Positions 58,519 through 64,000 of a DNA stretch of 64,000 nucleotides are shown here, piece after piece. The DNA is from Dehalococcoidia bacterium (lineage in GTDB: Bacteria > Chloroflexota > Dehalococcoidia > Plut-88900). The translations under genes and the position numbers were made by a program. Position 1 is the first letter of the stretch; every line of letters begins with the position of its first letter. Below the pieces are notes generated by a model. It made no database searches and was not told the origin of the DNA. It worked only from the letters and a program-made list of their open reading frames with translations. The stretch lies in the NCBI GenBank assembly GCA_965207225.1, contig CBDBLV010000005.1, positions 1,632,001 through 1,696,000 on the forward strand. The letters are read 5' to 3'.

Positions 58519-60000
58519 ATGGCACAACAGGCACTGGTAGGCAGCATAAGGGCCCCGGACTTCCCGAGGGATATAGACTGGCTGAACGTCGGGCGTTCTC
58601 TGAGCATGGAGGACTTCAAGGGCAAGATAGTCATTCTGGACTTCTGGACCTACTGCTGAGTCAACTGCATGCACGTATTTCCGCAGTTGCGGAAACTGGA
58701 AGAGAAATATCGGGACGAGCTGGTGGTGGTCGGGGTCCATTCGGCGAAGTTCACCACCGAGAAGGAAACGGCGAACATCGAAAAGGCGATACGTCGCTTC
58801 GAGCTGGAACACCCGGTGGTCAACGACAAAGACTTCCGGGTGTGGAGCCAGTACTCGGCGCGTGCGTGGCCGACCCTCTATGTGATCGACCCCGAGGGCA
58901 ACATCCTCGGGCGACATGAAGGTGAGATAACCTTTGGGGCTTTCGACAGGGTTATCAGCGACATGATCACCGAGTTCGAGGCCCGGGGCACGTTAGACCG
59001 GTCACCGATTCCCGGCTTCTACGAGCACAAGAAAGAAGGAGGCATACTCTCCTTCCCCAGCAAGATCATCTCGAATGAAGCTGGGTCCCGACTTTTCGTG
59101 TCGGACTCCAACCACAACCGTATTCTGTCCATCTCGATGGATGGCCAGATTTTGGACGTAATCGGTGGAGAGGAGTCCGGGCTGGAGGACGGAAACTTTG
59201 CAGACGCCCAGTTCAACCATCCCCACGGGCTGGCCATTTCGGGAAAGAACCTCTACGTGGCGGATACGGAGAACCACTGCATACGTCGAGTGGACCTGCA
59301 GACCCGAACGGTCGAGACGATAGCCGGGACCGGAGAACAAGCGCGCATGTTCCATGATGGTGGAGTTGGAGAGGTTGCCCTGAACTCGCCCTGGGACCTG
59401 ACCTGCCAGGACGGGATGCTCTACATTGCCATGGCGGGCTTCCACCAGCTGTGGGTGATGCACCTGGAATCAGGGTACGTGGGGCCTTTCGCCGGGAGCG
59501 GCAGGGAGGGGATCCGAGATGGGTCTCTGCGCAACTCGATGCTGGCCCAGCCTACGGGAATCGACACTGACGGTGACACCATCTACTTCGCAGACAGCGA
59601 GACCAGCGCCGTTCGGACGGCTACGAGAGGGGAGTCGGGGCAGGTGAGCACGCTGGTGGGCACCGGACTGTTCGACTTCGGAGACAGGGACGGGGTCGGA
59701 GACCGTGCACTTCTCCAGCACGTGCAGGGAATCTGCTGGCACGATGGCATGCTCTACGTCACGGATACCTACAACAACAAGGTCAAGCGGATCGACCCCT
59801 TGACCCGGGCTGTGGTCAGCTTTACGGGGTTGGGGGATACGGGCTTCGAGGATGGGTTATCCAAAGAGGCCCTGTTCTACGAACCCGAGGGTCTCGCTAT
59901 CGCTGACGGCAAGATGTACATCGCCGACACCAATAACCACGCCATCAGGGTTGCGGCTCTGTCCACGGGCACGGTGTCGACCCTGAAAATCAAGGAATAA
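58519..60000 (+). CDS. Thioredoxin-like plus NHL-repeat protein, probable selenoprotein (in-frame TGA at 58657)
   Basis: MAQQALVGSIRAPDFP...WLN...GKIVILDFWTYC*VNCMH continues in frame into the listed ORF; GAGGAG RBS; NHL repeats. Confidence 0.88.
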
Positions 60001-60061
60001 GTCAGGACTTTCGATAAGACTACCGGCAACGCAGGGTAAGGACCCACGCAAGGAGGAGCCA

Positions 60062-61339
60062 ATGGCGGCCAAGACTAGAAAGCTGGGGAGAGGAGTGAGC
60101 ATCATTGGCGGAGGCATGTCCAAGTTCGGGGCCTTTGCCGACAAGACGACCCGTGACCTCTTCGGGGAGGCCTACTCCGAGGCCGTTGGTTCCGTCAGCA
60201 AGGGCTTGGACCCCGAGGCCATTGAGGCCCTCTACGTGGGCAACTTCTCCGCTGACCTTTTCGAGGGGCAGGGACACCTGGGACACCTGATGGCCGACTG
60301 GGTCGGCCTCGCCCCGAGGCCCGCGACACGGGTGGAGGGAGCCTGCGCAAGCAGCGGGCTGGCCTTTCGTGAGGGGATCATGGCCGTTGCATCGGGTATG
60401 TACGACATGGTGCTGGTCGGAGGTGTGGAGAAGATGACCTCGCTGGCCACGGAGGAGGTGCAGGACGCCTTGGCCGCCGCCAGCGATGTGCCGATGGAGC
60501 TGGACCAGGCGCAGTTCACATTCCCGGGCCTTTATGCAGCCATGGGCTCGGCGTACCTGGACAGGCACGGCGCCACCCGAGAGCACCTGATGCACGTTGC
60601 GATCAAGAACCATCGCAACGGCGCCCTGAACCCGAAGGCGCAGTTCAATGTTTCGATAGCCGACTTCATGGAAAGGCGCAAGGCCAGCGCGGCCAAGCGA
60701 GGCAGGCCGGTGCCCGAGTGGGAAGACGAGTTTGACTTCCTGAATGACGCCCGGGCCAATCCCCAGGTCGCGTGGCCCCTTCACCTCTTCGACTGCTCGC
60801 CGGTTACCGACGGAGCTAGCTGCATTATCCTGGCCGCGGAGGAGGTGGCCCGGGAGTACACGGACGACGTGGTAAACGTGGTGGCGAGCGCACAGGCCAG
60901 CGCGGGCCCAATTGCAACATGGGCCGGGGACATAACCTCCATACCGTCCGCCAGGATCGCCGCACATCAAGCGTACGAGATGGCGGGCATCAAGCCCAGC
61001 GACCTGGATATGGCGGAGGTGCACGACTGCTTCACCATCGCGGAGATCATTGGAATTGAAGACCTGGGCTTGTTCGAGCCCGGCAAGGGCGCATTTGCTG
61101 CCGCCGAAGGCCAGACGTCTCGTGAGGCGCCATGCTCGGTCAACGTGTCTGGCGGGCTGAAGTCCAAGGGGCACCCGGTCGGGGCGACGGGAACCGGGCA
61201 GATCCTAGAAGTGTGGACGCAGCTTACGGAGCGAGCCGGAGACCGTCAACTGAAGGACAAGGACCTGAGCCTGGGCCTGACCCACAATGTCGGGGGCACG
61301 GGCGGGACCTGCGCCGTCCACATCCTGGAGCGGAGGTAG
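60062..61339 (+). CDS. Thiolase-family protein (SCP-x / archaeal type)
   Basis: EGACASSG, EVHDCF, GGLKSKGHPVGATG, HNVGG. Confidence 0.92.
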   Translation: MAAKTRKLGRGVSIIGGGMSKFGAFADKTTRDLFGEAYSEAVGSVSKGLDPEAIEALYVGNFSADLFEGQGHLGHLMADWVGLAPRPATRVEGACASSGLAFREGIMAVASGMYDMVLVGGVEKMTSLATEEVQDALAAASDVPMELDQAQFTFPGLYAAMGSAYLDRHGATREHLMHVAIKNHRNGALNPKAQFNVSIADFMERRKASAAKRGRPVPEWEDEFDFLNDARANPQVAWPLHLFDCSPVTDGASCIILAAEEVAREYTDDVVNVVASAQASAGPIATWAGDITSIPSARIAAHQAYEMAGIKPSDLDMAEVHDCFTIAEIIGIEDLGLFEPGKGAFAAAEGQTSREAPCSVNVSGGLKSKGHPVGATGTGQILEVWTQLTERAGDRQLKDKDLSLGLTHNVGGTGGTCAVHILERR

Positions 61340-61341
61340 AC

Positions 61342-61758
61342 ATGGAGGCGAGCGATTTCACGATTTCCACCTATAAGCAGAACATTTCCGAAGGCAAGCT
61401 GGTCGCGGGTCGCTGTGATAAGTGTGACGTCCTGTACCTTCCCCCCAGACCCGTCTGCCCCCAGTGCCACGGGACCGACATGGGCTGGCAGGAGCTGAGC
61501 GGCAAGGGTAAGGTGGTCGGATATTCCTCAATCACCATCGTGCCGACAGGGATGGCAGCAAAGGGGTACGGCCGAGATAAGCCATACTGGTCGGCGGTGG
61601 TCCAGACCGAGGAAGGCCCGGGCATCACGGCGATGCTGGAGGGAGTCGATGCTTCGGACCCGAGCGCGGTGTCGGTCGGGATGCCGGTGGTTGCAGGGTT
61701 CAACCAGGAGGGGGAAGGCGAAGAGGCCAGGGTGAGCCTGGTCTTCCGACCTGCCTGA
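61342..61758 (+). CDS. DUF35 Zn-ribbon / OB-fold thiolase partner
   Basis: CDKC...PPRPVCPQC, LSGKGKV, VGMPV. Confidence 0.9.
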   Translation: MEASDFTISTYKQNISEGKLVAGRCDKCDVLYLPPRPVCPQCHGTDMGWQELSGKGKVVGYSSITIVPTGMAAKGYGRDKPYWSAVVQTEEGPGITAMLEGVDASDPSAVSVGMPVVAGFNQEGEGEEARVSLVFRPA

Positions 61759-61803
61759 GCAAGTTCTACACTAGACATAAGCAAGAAAAAATTGACCAGA
61801 ACA

Positions 61804-61838
61804 GGGGCGCTCGTTGCACAGGCGAGCGCCTCGTCTTG
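61804..61838 (+). terminator. Possible terminator hairpin
   Basis: GGGGCGCTCG / CGAGCGCCTC stem. Confidence 0.35.
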
Positions 61839-61862
61839 TCAGAAATTCTATCGGAGACATAG

Positions 61863-63138
61863 ATGAGTGAAGGAAGCAGGAAGACAACCCTGCCATTGAG
61901 GGAGGTAGGGGAGAGGAGGCTGGAGGACTACGCGGAGGTGGCGGGGCGGGGGGCGGTGGAGGAGATTCGGGGGCTTGCGGCGAGGCTGAATGGCAAGAGA
62001 GTCCTGCACTTGAACTCTTCGCCGAGAGGCGGGGGCGTTGCAGATATCTTCGAGGCGTTGATACCGCTCTTGAACGACGTGGGTGTCGAAGCGGAGTGGC
62101 GGACTATCAAGGGAGAGCCGTCTTTCTTCGACGTGACCAAGAGCATGCACAACAGCCTGCAGGGGAAACGCACGGAGTGGACGGGAGAGATGTGGGATAC
62201 CTGGCTGGACTACAACCGCAAGAATGCCCGAGACCTCTTCCCCGACTACGACATCATCTTCGTCCACGATCCCCAACCTGCGCCACTGCTGCACTTCATT
62301 GATGGCCGGTCCGGTGCGGATACCAGGTGGATCTGGCGCTGCCACATCGACCTGACGGACGCCCAACCCGACGTCTGGGCCAACCTACAGAAGTACATCA
62401 GCCTCTATGACGCAGCCGAGTTCAGCATGGAGGACTTCATAATCAAGGGGTACGAGGGGCCGATGCCCCGGGTGTCCGCGCCGGGGATCGACCCGTTGGA
62501 CCAGAAGAACGTGCCCCTGAGCTGCGAGGAGGCGGCTCGGATGCTGGGGCGGTTTGGGGTGGACGCGGAAAGACCGATCATGGCGCAGGTGTCGAGGTTT
62601 GACCCCTGGAAAGACCCGTTGGGGGTGGTAGATGCCTATAGGATAGTCAAGGAGCAGGTTCCGGAAATCCAGCTAATCATGATCGGGCCGACCGCTGCCG
62701 ATGATCCCGAGGGACTTGGCTTTTTCGAAAAGACCGCCCGACGCGCCGGTGAGGACCCGGACGTGCACTTGATTACCAATTTCAAGGGGATGTCAGATAG
62801 GGAAGTCAATGCAGTCCAGACTCTCGCGAGCGTGATGGTGCAGAAGTCGTCCAGGGAAGGCTTCGGGCTGAGCGCTACGGGGTCGCTGTGGCACGGAAAG
62901 CCGGTTATAGCGGGTCGGGCGGGGGGGGGTGAAACTTCAGGTATTGGACGGCGAGACGGGGTTCCTGATCGATTCAACAGCTGAGTGTGCCGACAGGGCG
63001 CTATCCCTTCTTCGGGACCAAAATTTGGCTGAAGAAATGGGGTGCAAGGCTCGGGAGCAGGTGCGCGAGAATTTCCTGATTACACGGGTGCTCAGGGACA
63101 ATCTGCTGCTTTACCGTCAGGTATTGGGCATTGCCTAA
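61863..63138 (+). CDS. treT: Trehalose synthase (TreT-like GT4 glycosyltransferase), frameshifted at a G9 run
   Basis: GGGVA, HDPQP, WRCHID, SRFDPWK, EGFGL; C-terminus VKLQVLDGETGFL continues in the next frame after 62921-62929. Confidence 0.8.
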
Positions 63139-63165
63139 AACACAAGTCTCGAGGGGGAGTTTCGA

Positions 63166-64000
63166 ATGAACCCAAGAAAGCGGTCGGTGGAATCAATGTG
63201 CGCTTCGGCGGGGAGGGACGTGGAGTCGGTGACCAGGCCCCTCATGGCGCCCATCTACCAGGGCTCGGTGTTCGAGGTAGAGAGCCTGGAGCAGTTGGAC
63301 GACATCTATGCTGGTGTAGAAGACGGGTTTATCTACACCCGAGACGGCAACCCGAACGTCCAGACCCTTGAAAATGTCGTCGCCGAATTGGAAAACGCTG
63401 ACGATGCCGTGGCCTTTGCGTCTGGGATGGGGGCAATCGGGAACACGCTGCTGTCTATGGTCGAGGAGGGGGATACGGTGCTGGCCGGGGACGTGCTATA
63501 CGGCGGGACCAACCTGCTCCTGAGAGGGCACCTGTCAAAGCTCGGGGTGGGGGTCGAGTTCGTGGACGTGACGGACCTGGGCCTTGTGGAAAAGGCCCTG
63601 GAGTCGGGGCCCAAGGTGATGTTGGTTGAGTCGATTACCAACCCCTTACTCCGGGTCACGGATATTGAGGAAATAGCCAAGCTCGCGTCAACGGAGGGGA
63701 CTCGAGTGGTGGTAGACAACACGCTGGCTACACCCCTTCTGATGCGGCCTCTGGACCTGGGCGCCGACGTGACGATACACAGCGCTACGAAGCTGCTGGC
63801 TGGACACTCGGACGTGATGGGCGGGGTTGCGGCGGGTCGGTTCGAGACAATGGCGGCGACCAGGGAGTCGAACAGGGTATGGGGAAGCACACTGGACCCC
63901 TTTGCGGCGTGGCTTGTCGTAAGGGGAATCCGGACGCTTCCCTTGCGCGTGGCCCGAGTTTGCGAAAACGCCATGCGGGTCGCCGACTATCTTTCAGAAC
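63166..64000 (+). CDS. Cys/Met metabolism PLP enzyme (cystathionine gamma-synthase/lyase family), truncated by the window end
   Basis: PIYQGS, YTRDGNP, FASGMGA, ESITNP, VDNT, HSATKLLAGHSD. Confidence 0.9.
   Translation, partial: MNPRKRSVESMCASAGRDVESVTRPLMAPIYQGSVFEVESLEQLDDIYAGVEDGFIYTRDGNPNVQTLENVVAELENADDAVAFASGMGAIGNTLLSMVEEGDTVLAGDVLYGGTNLLLRGHLSKLGVGVEFVDVTDLGLVEKALESGPKVMLVESITNPLLRVTDIEEIAKLASTEGTRVVVDNTLATPLLMRPLDLGADVTIHSATKLLAGHSDVMGGVAAGRFETMAATRESNRVWGSTLDPFAAWLVVRGIRTLPLRVARVCENAMRVADYLSE

Noticed and set aside
53905-58659. Genome-wide UGA reassignment (code 4 or 25)
   Set aside because: Many intact genes end in TGA (prs, secA, polX), and two of the three internal TGAs align with Cys.

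Overview
High-GC bacterial chromosome segment. The gene content (several luciferase-like/F420-type oxidoreductases, amidohydrolases, thiolase plus DUF35, LarA-like protein, thrC-NIL-MoaD) suggests Chloroflexota, possibly Dehalococcoidia/SAR202-like; this is inference only. The backbone is housekeeping and metabolic: alaS, ruvX, aroE, aroC, aroKB, ggt, a heat-shock locus (hsp20 divergent from dnaJ-hspR-clp), prs, secA, polX, valS, a metal ABC transporter and treT. It is interspersed with five type II toxin-antitoxin modules and many palindromic repeats. Most notable: (1) two genes with an in-frame UGA at a conserved Cys position (M20D amidohydrolase MHA-U-GHD; thioredoxin-NHL protein C-U-VNC), both with a stem-loop carrying GCACGTA exactly 11 nt after the UGA, a candidate lineage-specific SECIS; (2) a complete group II intron whose domain IV carries a passenger lipoprotein gene after the RT/maturase; (3) an unexplained ~446-nt multi-hairpin element closed by a long-range helix and facing a gene-less promoter; (4) a stand-alone HxG-type Fe(II)/2-oxoglutarate halogenase candidate; (5) a run of four ureohydrolase paralogues, two with degenerate metal sites. 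All calls come from reading the sequence; no searches were run.
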